Shown here: positions 28,389-39,070 of the stretch, piece by piece
How the letters are laid out: each line of letters starts with the position of its first letter
Numbering within the stretch: position 1 is the first letter of the stretch
Source of the DNA: an uncultured Thermotogae bacterium
Lineage (GTDB): Bacteria > Bipolaricaulota > Bipolaricaulia > UBA7950 > UBA9294
NCBI GenBank assembly: GCA_964582975.1
Contig: CAZOUO010000004.1
Coordinates: forward strand, 1-46,014
Direction of reading: 5' to 3'
Length of the DNA stretch: 46,014 nucleotides
Program-made: the position numbers and the translations under genes
The notes under the pieces: model-generated
What the model was told of the DNA's origin: nothing
The model's database searches: none
Seen by the model: the letters and a program-made list of their open reading frames with translations, nothing else

Positions 28389-29460
28389 AATGCTGGATCT
28401 GATGAGAAACTGGCAAGAAGGAACTTGTCTCCCTTTTGTTTCGGTCATCATACCATGTCGGAATGAGGAGATGTACATCGATAGATGTCTTAATTCTATT
28501 CTTTCTAACGACTACCCACGGGACAAGATCAAGATACTAGTTGCTGATGGAATGAGTCGCGATGGCACACGCAGTATTGTCGCCGCGTTTGCTGAGAGAT
28601 ATCCGTTCATAAAGCTCCCGGAAAACACCAAGGGAAGCTTCACTGCCGGAGTGAACTTGGGCATCAAGCATGCAAGTGACGAAATCATTCTGATAATGGG
28701 ATCACATGCTTGTTACGAGAAGAGATACATCTCGAAATGCGTGAAATTCTTGATGGAATACGGCGCCGATAATGTAGGTGGTGTTGCAACTTCTACACCG
28801 TTCAAGAATACGCTTATGGTTAAGGCTATTGACTTTCTTTGTCTCATCCGTTCGTTGTGGCCAATTCCTATTTTCGAATCGGCAACAAAAGGCCTAGATA
28901 GGTTGATACGGTGTTTGGCGGCTGCTACAAGAGAGGGGTTTTCGAAAAAATCGGCCTGTTTAATGAGGACCTTTTCAGAAGTGCTGATTTGGAGTTCAAC
29001 ATGCGGTTAAGAGGTGCTGGTGGAAAGATCCTGCTGGCAACTTCAATTGTTGCGCACTACCATCCCAAATCCAGCCTCAAAGACTTCCTGATTCACTCGC
29101 TAAATGATGGCTTCTGGGCCATCTATCCTTTGAAACTTGGAAGTAAGCCCTTCTTTCTGAGGCATTTGATCCCACTAGCATTTGTCTCGAGCCTAATTGG
29201 TTCAGCGGCGCTCTCTGCAGTGTCTTTATTCTTCTTGTGGCTTTTGGGAGGGATTCTGTGAGCCTATGCTTTGGCCAACATCGGATCAGCTGTTCATATT
29301 TCGTTGAAGGAGCAGAGCCTCGAATACCTGCCAGCACTCCTTATTAGCCTTCCTTGCCCGCCATATACCTTATGGGTTAGGTTCCTTATACGGTCTTGTA
29401 CGAGTGTTAACGGCAGCGCGGTTTTGGAAGAATCGACTGGAGCGCATTCGGACGGAGGCG
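28389..29460 (+). pseudogene. Frameshifted GT2 glycosyltransferase (ExoA-like), paralog of 33467-34507
   Basis: VSVIIPCRNEE, DGMSRDGT, GADNVGG; frameshift ~28835, TGA 29259-29261, further shift ~29355. Confidence 0.85.
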
Positions 29461-29494
29461 ATTGCTTCGCAGGAGCAAACGGGAGGTTGGCCGA

Positions 29495-30160
29495 ATGGTA
29501 AAGCGTCTGTTTGACCTCGCAGTTTCTTCAATGGTGCTTCTGATGTTGTCTCCTTTGCTGTTGGCAATTGCTCTTCTGATCAAATTGGATTCTAAGGGAC
29601 CAGTCTTCTATCGTGGTATGAGAGTAGGTAGGCTTGGAAAGCCGTTTAAAATGTATAAGTTTAGAACGATGGTCGTTAACGCAGATAAGATTGGGGGGCC
29701 GTCTACTCCCGGTGGTGACCCTCGGCTGACGAAAGTTGGAAAACTCGTGAGAAAATACAAGCTCGACGAGTTGCCACAGCTTCTCAACGTCCTCAAAGGT
29801 GAAATGAGCATCGTTGGACCGCGACCAGAAGTCCCGATGTACGTGGATATGTTCACCGAGAAAGAGAAAGCCATCTTAACGGTTCGCCCTGGCATGACTG
29901 ACTGGGCATCTTTGTGGAATATCGATGAAGGAGGTATCTTGGCCGGTAGCCCCGATCCCGAGAAGATGTATGCGGAAGAGATTAGACCAAGGAAGATCCG
30001 GCTTCAACTGGCGTACGCACGCAACCATTCTTTTTGGCAAGATCTCAGGATTATCTTGGAAACGCTTAAAGCGATTGTAGGTTGTATGGGTGCCCAAGAC
30101 CTTAATGCCCGTTTTGAGAAGTTTCTCCGGGAAGCTACTCCGCAAAGCAAGCCCCCCTAG
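29495..30160 (+). CDS. Sugar transferase (priming phosphoglycosyltransferase, Bac_transf family)
   Basis: KRLFD, YKFRTM, KLDELPQLLNVLKGEMSIVGPRPE. Confidence 0.92.
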   Translation: MVKRLFDLAVSSMVLLMLSPLLLAIALLIKLDSKGPVFYRGMRVGRLGKPFKMYKFRTMVVNADKIGGPSTPGGDPRLTKVGKLVRKYKLDELPQLLNVLKGEMSIVGPRPEVPMYVDMFTEKEKAILTVRPGMTDWASLWNIDEGGILAGSPDPEKMYAEEIRPRKIRLQLAYARNHSFWQDLRIILETLKAIVGCMGAQDLNARFEKFLREATPQSKPP

Positions 30161-30211
30161 CTGCCTTCATCGGAGCGTTCTATCAATTGGTGAAAGAAGA
30201 TTCTTCATAGC

Positions 30212-30240
30212 TTGACGACTGGTATAGTGTGTTGTACGAT
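30212..30240 (+). promoter_or_regulatory. Putative sigma70 promoter for the E1 alpha/beta block
   Basis: TTGACG-17-TACGAT with TG before the -10. Confidence 0.55.
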
Positions 30241-30282
30241 GCAAAGCCGGACATCTAAGAATTTGGGAAAAGGAGAAGTGTC

Positions 30283-31278
30283 TTGAGCTATACCATTACT
30301 CGCGAACTCCTTTTTTGTTTGTATAAGACGATGCTTCGGACTCGATTCTTCGAAGAGCGAGTAGCTAAATTGCTCGAAGATGGGGAGATTAACTGCCCAA
30401 CCCACCTTTACATTGGTCAGGAGGCAATCGCAGCCGGTGTCTGCAGTGCCTTGCGAAACGATGATTGTGTCTTTGGGACGCATCGGTCCCATGGACACTA
30501 CCTTGCTAAAGGTGGGGACATGAGGCAAATGATGGCCGAGCTGTTCGGCAAACAGACTGGTTGCTCGAAGGGCCGGGGTGGTTCCATGCATCTGACGGCG
30601 CCAGAGGTGAGGTTCCTTGGTTCAGCCCCAATCGTCTCTGGGATTATCCCATTGGCGGTTGGAAGCGCGTTGTCCTCAAAACTGCAAGGGAAGGACCGTG
30701 TGAGCGTGGCCTTCTTTGGGGATGGAGCTGTGGATGAAGGTATCTTCCATGAGTCCTTGAATTTTGCGGCGCTAAAGAAGTTGCCCGTGGTCTTTGTGTG
30801 CGAGAACAACTTCTTTTCCACCCACCTTCATATAGTGGAGAGGCGTGTCAACGACGATATCTTCAGGATCGCTGATATCTATGGGATGCCCGGTGTGAGA
30901 GTAGATGGGAACGATGCGATCGAAGTCTACTCTCTGGCGGCTGAAGCCGTCGCTCGTGCCCGAGGCGGCGAAGGACCAACCCTACTTGAATGCCTAACCT
31001 ACCGCTGGCGAGGACATGTCGGCCCGGCCTGGGATCTAGACGTTGGGTTTAAAAGGAAAGAGGAGCTCCCCCAATGGCTTGAAAGGGATCCGATTGCCTG
31101 CCTGGAGAAGCATTTAATAGGGGACGGAGGGATCTTCCCCAAGGAGCTAGAGCAAATATCAAGGGAGGTTCGACAGGAAGTTGAAGAGGCTGTTGTGTTT
31201 GCTCGCCAGTCCCCCTACCCCGATGAAAAAGAACTCCTACGTCATGTCTTCAATGACAATGATGGCTTGGGAGGCTGA
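30283..31278 (+). CDS. TPP-dependent dehydrogenase E1 alpha subunit
   Basis: HLYIGQEA, GRGGSMH, GDGA..EG...E..N TPP motif, YRWRGH. Confidence 0.93.
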   Translation: MSYTITRELLFCLYKTMLRTRFFEERVAKLLEDGEINCPTHLYIGQEAIAAGVCSALRNDDCVFGTHRSHGHYLAKGGDMRQMMAELFGKQTGCSKGRGGSMHLTAPEVRFLGSAPIVSGIIPLAVGSALSSKLQGKDRVSVAFFGDGAVDEGIFHESLNFAALKKLPVVFVCENNFFSTHLHIVERRVNDDIFRIADIYGMPGVRVDGNDAIEVYSLAAEAVARARGGEGPTLLECLTYRWRGHVGPAWDLDVGFKRKEELPQWLERDPIACLEKHLIGDGGIFPKELEQISREVRQEVEEAVVFARQSPYPDEKELLRHVFNDNDGLGG

Positions 31279-31280
31279 TT

Positions 31281-32267
31281 ATGCGGAAGATTAGCTACGC
31301 AGATGCCATCAGGGAGGCTTTGGCCCAGATGCTCGCACGCGATCCTCGCGTTTTCGTAATCGGCCAAGGTGTCTGGAGCCCGTGGTACGTTGGCACAAGC
31401 ATGAAAGATCTGGACAAAGAGTTTGGAAAGGATCGCATCATTGATACTCCCGTTTCAGAGAATGGTATAACCGGTGTGGCCATTGGCGCGGCGCTAGCTG
31501 GCATGCGGCCCGTGGTTGTCCATCCGCGCATGGACTTCATGCTGCTGGCCGCTGATCAGATCGTCAACGAGGCCGCGAATTGGCACTACATGTGTGGAGG
31601 GCGGGTGAACGTCCCGATCGTGATCCGTCCCATCATCAATCGGGGAGGGGAACAAGCGGCACAACACTCGCAGGCCTTGCATGCATGGTTCATGCACGTA
31701 CCGGGAATCAAGGTTGCTATGCCGAGCACACCATATGATGCTAAAGGACTTTTTGTCGCTGCCGTTGATGATGAAAACCCAGTTATGTACATCGATGACC
31801 GCTGGCTCTACAATGAAGTGGGGGAAGTTCCTGAGGAGCCGTACTCTGTCCCTATTGGAAAAGGTGTACTACGACGGGAGGGAAAAGATGTTACTGTAGC
31901 TGCTATTTCGTACATGGCGCACGAAGCCGTGCGTGCTGCGGAGTGCCTCGAAGAAGAAAAGGGCATCAGTGCTGAGGTACTCGATCTTAGAACTCTCAAG
32001 CCGCTAGATACGGATCTTATTTTCCAATCGGTGGAGCACACGGGAAGGTTGGTCGTTGCGGATGGTGGTTGGAAAACGTGCGGGGCCGCGGCGGAGGTCG
32101 CCGCCCGAGTTGTGAGTGAAGCATTCATACATCTCAAAGCACCGATTGCAAGGGTAGCGCTCCCCGATTGTCCTGCTCCCATGAGTCCACCGCTGGAGAA
32201 GGCATATTATCCCAAAGCCGAGCAAATTGTAGAGGCTGCAGAGAGAGTCTTGTGGTGGTCTAGTTGA
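31281..32267 (+). CDS. TPP-dependent dehydrogenase E1 beta subunit
   Basis: RIIDTPVSENG, AQHSQ, DLRTLKPLD. Confidence 0.93.
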   Translation: MRKISYADAIREALAQMLARDPRVFVIGQGVWSPWYVGTSMKDLDKEFGKDRIIDTPVSENGITGVAIGAALAGMRPVVVHPRMDFMLLAADQIVNEAANWHYMCGGRVNVPIVIRPIINRGGEQAAQHSQALHAWFMHVPGIKVAMPSTPYDAKGLFVAAVDDENPVMYIDDRWLYNEVGEVPEEPYSVPIGKGVLRREGKDVTVAAISYMAHEAVRAAECLEEEKGISAEVLDLRTLKPLDTDLIFQSVEHTGRLVVADGGWKTCGAAAEVAARVVSEAFIHLKAPIARVALPDCPAPMSPPLEKAYYPKAEQIVEAAERVLWWSS

Positions 32268-32289
32268 TGATCTAGAGGAGGAGAAGGCA

Positions 32290-33408
32290 ATGATGGATAC
32301 AGCGTGGAAGGTTCGGTTTGTGGATTATCCGGCGCAGTTCCAGAAGATGGGAAACGAGATCATGGAAACCCTGAACATCGTGCTGAGTCGGGGTGATCTT
32401 ATCCTTCGTCAGCAATTGCAAGAGTTTGAGGAACACTTGGCTGATTTTGTTGGGACAAAATATGCAGTTGGTGTCAGTAATGGTACCGATGCTCTGCATT
32501 TAGCATTACGTGCAGTTGGAGTAGGTCCGGGGGATGAAGTCATTACTGTCTCGCATACGTTTGTGGCCACTGCAGCAGCGATCCACCATGCAGGTGCCAC
32601 GCCCGTCTTGATAGACATCGATGATGATCACAACATGAATGTCGATCTTGTTGAGGCTGCTATCACCTCGCACACTAGGGCGATTATGCCAGTCCATCTG
32701 AATGGGCGGTTATGCGACATGGGGAGGCTCATGGAAATTGCAGAAAAGCATGATCTCTTGGTCATTGAGGATGCAGCGCAGGCGTTGGGAGCCTCTTTTC
32801 AAGGAACGAAGGCTGGTGCGTTTGGCTTGACTGGTTGTTTCAGCTTCTATCCTGCTAAGCTGCTGGGGTGTTTTGGGGACGGCGGTGCGGTGGTGACGAA
32901 TAGCAAGCAAATCGCTGACGGGATAAAACGATTGCGCCATCACGGCCTTACAGAAGAGGGAGAAGTGTCCTGCTGGGCGTTCAATTGTCGATTGGACAAC
33001 CTCCAAGCGGCACTTCTTGATTTGAAGCTTAAACAATTGCCCAAGTGGATCGCTAGAAGGCGAGAAATAGCCCAAATCTATCATAACCAATTGTCTGAGA
33101 TTGGCCAGCTCAATCTGCCACCCCCGCCGGCAGATGGGCCTTTTTTTGATGTATATCAGAACTACGAGGTGGAAGCGGTGAATCGTGACCGGCTCGTGGC
33201 GCATCTGAAGCAATCTTGCGTCGAAGTGTTGGTACAGTTTGGTGGCAAAGCCGTGCACCATTTCAAGGCCCTTGGACTGGTGCACTTCAGGCTCCCACGC
33301 ACCGAGTGGATGTCAGAGCGGGCGCTTATGCTGCCGATGCATCCAGAGCTTGGCGATGACCAAGTGGAATACGTAACAGATGTCATCGCTCACTTTTACT
33401 CCGAGTGA
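32290..33408 (+). CDS. DegT/DnrJ/EryC1/StrS aminotransferase
   Basis: NGTDAL, PVHLNG, IEDAAQA, SFYPAKLLG. Confidence 0.93.
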   Translation: MMDTAWKVRFVDYPAQFQKMGNEIMETLNIVLSRGDLILRQQLQEFEEHLADFVGTKYAVGVSNGTDALHLALRAVGVGPGDEVITVSHTFVATAAAIHHAGATPVLIDIDDDHNMNVDLVEAAITSHTRAIMPVHLNGRLCDMGRLMEIAEKHDLLVIEDAAQALGASFQGTKAGAFGLTGCFSFYPAKLLGCFGDGGAVVTNSKQIADGIKRLRHHGLTEEGEVSCWAFNCRLDNLQAALLDLKLKQLPKWIARRREIAQIYHNQLSEIGQLNLPPPPADGPFFDVYQNYEVEAVNRDRLVAHLKQSCVEVLVQFGGKAVHHFKALGLVHFRLPRTEWMSERALMLPMHPELGDDQVEYVTDVIAHFYSE

Positions 33409-33466
33409 GATTTGATGAAAAGCTACAAGATGGTCATGGGGATAGAAATAGGAGGAGAATAAGAGT

Positions 33467-34507
33467 ATGAGTAGTATTTCCTCTGTCACTGTCATAATTC
33501 CTTGCCGTGATGAGGGGCACTACATCAGTCAGTGCCTCGACTCCATCGTTGCTAATGACTACCCAAAAGAGCGGTTCGAGATTCTAGTAGTTGATGGGAT
33601 GAGCAAAGATAGGACGAGAAGCATGGTAGAGAGCTATGTTCAGCGCTATCCCTTTATTCGACTTGTGCCTAATCCCAAGAGAATCTTCCCCTCTGGCGTG
33701 AACGTAGGTGTCCGTCACGCGAAGGGTGAAATAATCGTCATAATGAATGCCCACAGCACCTACACCAACGACTATATCTCCCAATGTGTGCGGTATTTAC
33801 AAGAGACCGGTGCGGACAATGTCGGAGGAGTTCTGACTACTGTTCCTAGCTCCAACACGCTTATAGCTAGGTCCATTGCTATTGCCTTATCTCATCCCTT
33901 TGGCACACTCACCAGTCACTTCAGAATAGGGGCAAAAGAACTTAAATGGGTAGACACCGTAGCCTTTGGGTGTTATAGAAAGGGGATCTTTGAAAGGGTG
34001 GGGCTTTTTAACGAGGATCTTGTACGAAGCTCAGATATGGACTTTAATGTTAGGTTGAGAAGAATAGGAGGGAAGATCCTATTGGTACCCAGTATCATAG
34101 CTTACTATCGCCCACAATTTAAGCTTTGGCGTTTCTGGCGGCATAACTTCCTGGACGGGGTCTGGGCAATTTATCCGCTGAGGTTTGGGAGTCCGATCTT
34201 CTCCCTAAGGCATCTGACTCCCATCATTTTGCTGTTTGCTTTCAGTGGATTTGTGACATTAGCGATTCTCTGGCCCGTGCTTCTATGGCTCCCGCTGAGT
34301 ATGCTTGGAGGATACGCCCTCATTGCTCTTCATGCGTCAACAAGAATTGCTGTGCAAGAACGGAAGCCCAGTTATGTTATTACCTTACCATTGGTCTTCA
34401 TGGTTAGACACAGCGGTTATGGCCTTGGCTCCATAGCAGGATTATTGCGGGTGATAACTTCTCAGTTTTTCTGGAAGAGTGTCTTGCGATCTCTGTTGGC
34501 GAAATGA
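33467..34507 (+). CDS. GT2 glycosyltransferase (ExoA-like)
   Basis: VIIPCRDE, VDGMSKD, GADNVGG, VDTVAFGCY; C-terminal TM helices. Confidence 0.9.
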   Translation: MSSISSVTVIIPCRDEGHYISQCLDSIVANDYPKERFEILVVDGMSKDRTRSMVESYVQRYPFIRLVPNPKRIFPSGVNVGVRHAKGEIIVIMNAHSTYTNDYISQCVRYLQETGADNVGGVLTTVPSSNTLIARSIAIALSHPFGTLTSHFRIGAKELKWVDTVAFGCYRKGIFERVGLFNEDLVRSSDMDFNVRLRRIGGKILLVPSIIAYYRPQFKLWRFWRHNFLDGVWAIYPLRFGSPIFSLRHLTPIILLFAFSGFVTLAILWPVLLWLPLSMLGGYALIALHASTRIAVQERKPSYVITLPLVFMVRHSGYGLGSIAGLLRVITSQFFWKSVLRSLLAK

Positions 34508-34810
34508 ATTAGAGCTATGAAAAAAATCGTAATAGAAAGGGGAGAAATGGTCGCCCCTGAAAAACCATGCCTGGGATAGGTAATAAAATCTAGGAGTATC
34601 TGCAAAATGCTTTTCTACGGTCGATTTTCAACGCGTTTGAAGAATCTCTTGATGCACTTCGTGGGATCCCTATCACTCTGGATTCTCAGTCTGCGGGTTA
34701 TAAGGTTCTGTATGCAATCGCACGTGTGTAATAAGTTCTGTTAAACGACTAGCGTTATTCTTTAGATTGTGTACGGCAGCAGGGTGCGCTAGGGATAGGG
34801 GGTAACGCAA

Positions 34811-36703
34811 GTGAAGGGTTACCTGTGTAGGTTTTCTCTAAAGAGCTATGGGAAGCGAGCGTTGTTTTTTCTGGGCATTGATATCGCCCTCATAGCCTTT
34901 TCTATGTGGATAGCCTTCCTCCTCAGGTTTGAAGGCCAAATCCCTCAAAAGCACATGGGGGACCTTTGGATCCTTATTCTGCTTGCTGTAGGGGTGAAGG
35001 TCCCTATCTTCTACCTCCAGAGACTTTATCGAGTAACTTGGTCTTACGTGAGCGTTCAGGAGCTGATATCGGTTGTTAAGGGGATCTTCTTTGCCTTCCT
35101 GGTTCTAGGGACCGCTCTTTTCATTCTACGGACCACTGCGATCTTTGTTGGCTTCCCTAGGTCGGTCCTATTCATCGATTTCTTTCTATCTCTCACTCTG
35201 ATTGGGGGATTCCGTGCAGCGAAACGGGTGTACCTGCAGTTTGTAAAACGATTTCCTGCGGAGGGGAGAAGGACCTTAATTGTAGGAGCCGGCGATGCTG
35301 GAGAACAGCTCGTGCGGAGCGTGCTTGCATCTACCGACGCTGAGTATCTACCGGTTGGATTCGCGGATGACGATCCGGCTAAATTGGGTACGTCTATCCA
35401 AGGAATCAAAGTTTTGGGACCAAGAAGTGAGATCCCCAGGTTTGTGAATACATATGATGTGGAGGGCCTATTGATCGCCATGCCATCTACCTCCTCCAAA
35501 GTTATCAAGGAGACGGTGGAGATAGCCAGAGAGAGTAATCTGAAGTGGATGAAGATTCTTCCCGATATCAGCAAGCTCCTTTCTGGCAGAGTGAGGTTAG
35601 CGGATGTACGCGAGGTCCAACCGGAGGATTTGTTGGGGAGAGAACCGGTCAGGATTGAAACCATACAGATCGAAAATTACCTAAAGGATCGCTGTATTCT
35701 TGTTACCGGAGCCGCTGGCTCCATTGGCTCGGAGCTCTGTCTCCAGATTGCAAAATTTCTGCCGTGCAAGCTCGTCATGTTGGATCATGAGGAAACGGGT
35801 CTCTTTGAGACAAAGCGGAAACTCGATAGAGAATCTCCTAAGATCGACTGTATCGCCATATTGGGCGATATAAAAGATGAGGGAAAGATAGAGAGAATCT
35901 TTACCCAGCACAAACCAGAAGTCATCTTTCACGCTGCTGCCTATAAGCACGTAGAGATGTTGAGGGAGCATCCTGATGAGGCGGTGAAAAACAACGTCCT
36001 TGGCACAAGAGCGCTCGGCGAGGCTTCGATCAAAGCCGGGGCAGAAAAGTTCATTCTGATTTCTACGGATAAGGCAGTAAATCCGGTTGGCGTGATGGGG
36101 ATGACCAAGCGGGTCGCGGAGCTCGTCATCCAGGACCTCAACCGCCAGGGGCCGACCAGGTTCGCCGCGGTGCGGTTTGGCAACGTCTTGGGAAGCCGGG
36201 GTAGCGTCATTCCCATTTTTGAGGAGCAGATCAAGAGGCGTGGCCCGGTGACAGTGACCGACCCCGAGATGCGTCGCTACTTCATGGTTCCTTCCGAGGC
36301 GGTGCTCCTGGTCCTGGAGGCAGGAGCCATAAGCAAAGGTGGGGAGATCTTCGTTTTGGACATGGGGGAGCCGGTTAACATCTTGGAGCTTGCCCGGGAG
36401 ATGATCAGGCTCTCCGGATACGAGCCGGACAAGGATATCCCCATTAGCATCATCGGGTCTGGAGAGGACGAGAAGCTCTTTGAGGACATCCTGACGGCGG
36501 AGGAGGGTACCGAAGCTACTAGGCATAGGCAGGTCTTTGTCGCCAGGATGAACGCTTATTTGACGGGAGATAAGCTATCGGAGTACTTACGGAGGTTGCA
36601 GGAGCTGGCAGATCGAGGCGCCGGTGAAGAGGAGATCAAGGGGATCCTCCAGGAGATGATCTTCGGCCATAAGCTGGGCATCGAAGATAAGGAGAAGGAG
36701 TAG
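34811..36703 (+). CDS. Membrane-anchored NDP-sugar 4,6-dehydratase (CapD/PglF/WbpM-like)
   Basis: Four N-terminal TM helices, GAGDAG, EDLLGR, GAAGSIGSE, HAAAYKHV, STDKAVNP, VRFGNVLGSRGSV. Confidence 0.93.
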   Translation: MKGYLCRFSLKSYGKRALFFLGIDIALIAFSMWIAFLLRFEGQIPQKHMGDLWILILLAVGVKVPIFYLQRLYRVTWSYVSVQELISVVKGIFFAFLVLGTALFILRTTAIFVGFPRSVLFIDFFLSLTLIGGFRAAKRVYLQFVKRFPAEGRRTLIVGAGDAGEQLVRSVLASTDAEYLPVGFADDDPAKLGTSIQGIKVLGPRSEIPRFVNTYDVEGLLIAMPSTSSKVIKETVEIARESNLKWMKILPDISKLLSGRVRLADVREVQPEDLLGREPVRIETIQIENYLKDRCILVTGAAGSIGSELCLQIAKFLPCKLVMLDHEETGLFETKRKLDRESPKIDCIAILGDIKDEGKIERIFTQHKPEVIFHAAAYKHVEMLREHPDEAVKNNVLGTRALGEASIKAGAEKFILISTDKAVNPVGVMGMTKRVAELVIQDLNRQGPTRFAAVRFGNVLGSRGSVIPIFEEQIKRRGPVTVTDPEMRRYFMVPSEAVLLVLEAGAISKGGEIFVLDMGEPVNILELAREMIRLSGYEPDKDIPISIIGSGEDEKLFEDILTAEEGTEATRHRQVFVARMNAYLTGDKLSEYLRRLQELADRGAGEEEIKGILQEMIFGHKLGIEDKEKE

Positions 36704-36725
36704 GGAGGGATGCCCTCGGCATTCA

Positions 36726-36790
36726 TGTAGTGCCTAACACTTGATCTGACAGTTGCCTTTCCGGGGCCGGACGTCCAGCTAAGCCGCAAC
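36726..36790 (-). mobile_element. Solo IS481-type end
   Basis: TGTAGTGCCTAACACTTGATCTGACA...CTAAGCCGCAAC matches the IS481 end at 42211, including the transposase stop region. Confidence 0.8.
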
Positions 36791-37074
36791 TATCAGAACA
36801 GCATTGCTGATTTAGGAACTTTGCTGGTACAATTTCTTTACCGTATCCCTTTAGGTTTTGAATCGTGTATGCAGGGGTGCACTGCATCAAAAGGCTTTGT
36901 TTAGGACCCTCTGGGTGGTTTAACTGGGAGAGGAACTCGGCCCGTCCCATGGAGTAGCGAGGCTTACTCGACAGGACCTGTGGAATAAAGACGAGTGGGG
37001 TTATTCCATGGGCCAAGGTAAGTTCCGGTTGCAATACCTCTAGAATCAAGATAGCTTTAAGGTGAGGTGATTTC

Positions 37075-37356
37075 ATGACCGTGCAAGAGAAAATTGAGCG
37101 TCTGAAGCGTGAGAGAACCTCTCATTCTACAGAAGAGCTCGATCGTCTGGGGTGGGATCGCTATGAGGAGATCAAGGATGAGCTGGAAGCTGAACACCAC
37201 GGTGAGTATGCCGTGATCGAGGTAGACAGCGGCGATTATTTCGTGGGGAAGACTGCTGAGGAGGCCTTTGAGCAAGCGGAAGCAGCCTATCCTGAAAAGG
37301 CTTTCTGCTTAATTCGGGTTGGATACAAAGCAGTACATAAGCTGAAGCGGTCATGA
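37075..37356 (+). CDS. Small DUF5678-like protein
   Basis: LEAEHHGEYAVIEVDSGDYFVG..A...A...YP; ATGA-coupled to the aspartic protease. Confidence 0.7.
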   Translation: MTVQEKIERLKRERTSHSTEELDRLGWDRYEEIKDELEAEHHGEYAVIEVDSGDYFVGKTAEEAFEQAEAAYPEKAFCLIRVGYKAVHKLKRS

Positions 37357-37766
37357 TCCAAGGATATGTCAACGAGGCCTTGGAACCTATGGTGGAGATA
37401 GGCCTTAAGCGAGGAGAGGTGATAGGAACTATCCCTGCCATCGTCGATACTGGATTCAGCGGTTATCTATGCCTGTCCGAGCGACATGTGGATAGGATGG
37501 CGACGGCTTTTCACCACGTTGAACGCTACGAGTTAGCCGATGGAGAGGTCATTACAAGGGATGTGTTCCGAGGCGTGATCCGCTTTGATGATCAAGACCG
37601 GAAGGTCGATGTTATTCTGACCGCCTCTGATGATACATTGATCGGAGCCTCCCTATTCAAAGAATACCAGGTGGCTATCGATTATCCCCGGCGTCATGTC
37701 CGTATGGAACGAGAGCAGTCAGCTAAAGGGGATCGCTGGGGCCTCTTACCTCGCCGATCGATTTGA
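37353..37766 (+). CDS. Clan AA (retropepsin-like) aspartic protease
   Basis: AIVDTGFSG and LIG motifs. Confidence 0.85.
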   Translation: MIQGYVNEALEPMVEIGLKRGEVIGTIPAIVDTGFSGYLCLSERHVDRMATAFHHVERYELADGEVITRDVFRGVIRFDDQDRKVDVILTASDDTLIGASLFKEYQVAIDYPRRHVRMEREQSAKGDRWGLLPRRSI

Positions 37767-37960
37767 GGCAGCCGGAGATCTGGGGCTGGGGCCGTCGCCT
37801 TTCTGAAGGGTGAGCCTTCAGCACTCTTGGCATTAATCTCCGGATTAGGGGTATTGTTGGCCGCGCTCTATTATGGTTTTGGCAGACCGGCCTTATTGTC
37901 TTCATCCCATAACTCCTGGATCTTGGAATGAGGGCCAGGGGCCGTTCAACGGCTCAGTTA

Positions 37961-39070
37961 TACATAACGCCATAAATAATTGCGCATGTTAAGGCGCCAT
38001 GGTACACTGGTCTCATGAGGCCGTTAATGGTTTCCGAAGCGGGCACGGTTGTCCTCGCCTTGCAGGACGAGATCAGGCGCTCACCCGAGTCCCGCTACGA
38101 TCACCGGCTGCACGCCGTATTGCTCGTAGCGCAGGGACTGACCTGCCCGGAAGCGGGCCGGCTTCTGGGTGATGCACCGCGAACTGTGGAGTACTGGGTC
38201 CATCGGTTCGAGGAGCGGGGCTTGGCCGGTCTGGCGGAAGGACAGCGGCCGGGGCGACCAAGACGACTCACTGACGAGCAGCTTTCCGAGGTAAGCGTGG
38301 TCCTTCGAGGCTCGCCAGCTGAGGTGGGCATGGGCACGAACCTGTGGGATGGCAAGACCTTGGCCGCGTTCATCGCTGAGCGCTACGGGGTGACCCTAAG
38401 CGTGCGCCAGTGTCAGCGTATGTTCAGGCAGCTTGGCTTCCGCCTGCGCAAGCCCCGCTCGCTGATCGCCCACGCTGACCCGGAAGCGCAGGCTGTATAT
38501 AAAAAAACTCCGCGTACTGACCAGCGAAGGCGGAGTGGATCTATGGACCAGCGATGAAGTGCGCTTCCAGCAGCACGGCTCCCGCTGTCGGATGTGGGTC
38601 CCTCCAGAAACAACTGATCCTGTCCTGCTACACCACCCTACCCGGCGCAGTGTGGGGTATTTCGGGGCGGTGCGGTTGCGCGACGGCAAGCTCGTGTTCC
38701 GCCGCGAGCCAGACAGGTTCAACGCCCACACGTTCCACGAGTTCCTCAAGCAGCTGTGGCGCTCCAGCTGGCAGTCCGGGCGGCCGGTCGTGGTCATCGT
38801 AGACAACGCCAAGTACCATCATGCCAAGCTTCACAGGGGATGGAGGGAGAACCATGCCGGGCGGTTCGTGTTGGACTTCCTGCCACCGTACAGCCCTGAG
38901 CTCAACCCGTGTGAGCGGGTGTGGAAGCTTGTACGTCGCTTGTGCGTTCACAACATGTACTTCCCCTCCCTGGAGAATGTTACGGCGGCCGTGGAAGCGC
39001 AGTTCTCAGCGTGGAGCTCAGGGAGCGACACCTTGAGACGACTATGCGCAGTTACTTAAGACACTCTGTA
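37961..39070 (+). mobile_element. IS630-family insertion sequence
   Basis: Imperfect inverted ends TACATAACGCCATAAATAATTGCGCAT / ATGCGCAGTTACTTAAGACACTCTGTA, TA duplication on both sides. Confidence 0.92.
38015..39059 (+). CDS. IS630 transposase expressed via -1 frameshift
   Basis: HTH ORF 38015-38557 plus DDE ORF (SDE, VDNA, PYSPELNPCE); A7 run at 38501-38507. Confidence 0.9.
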
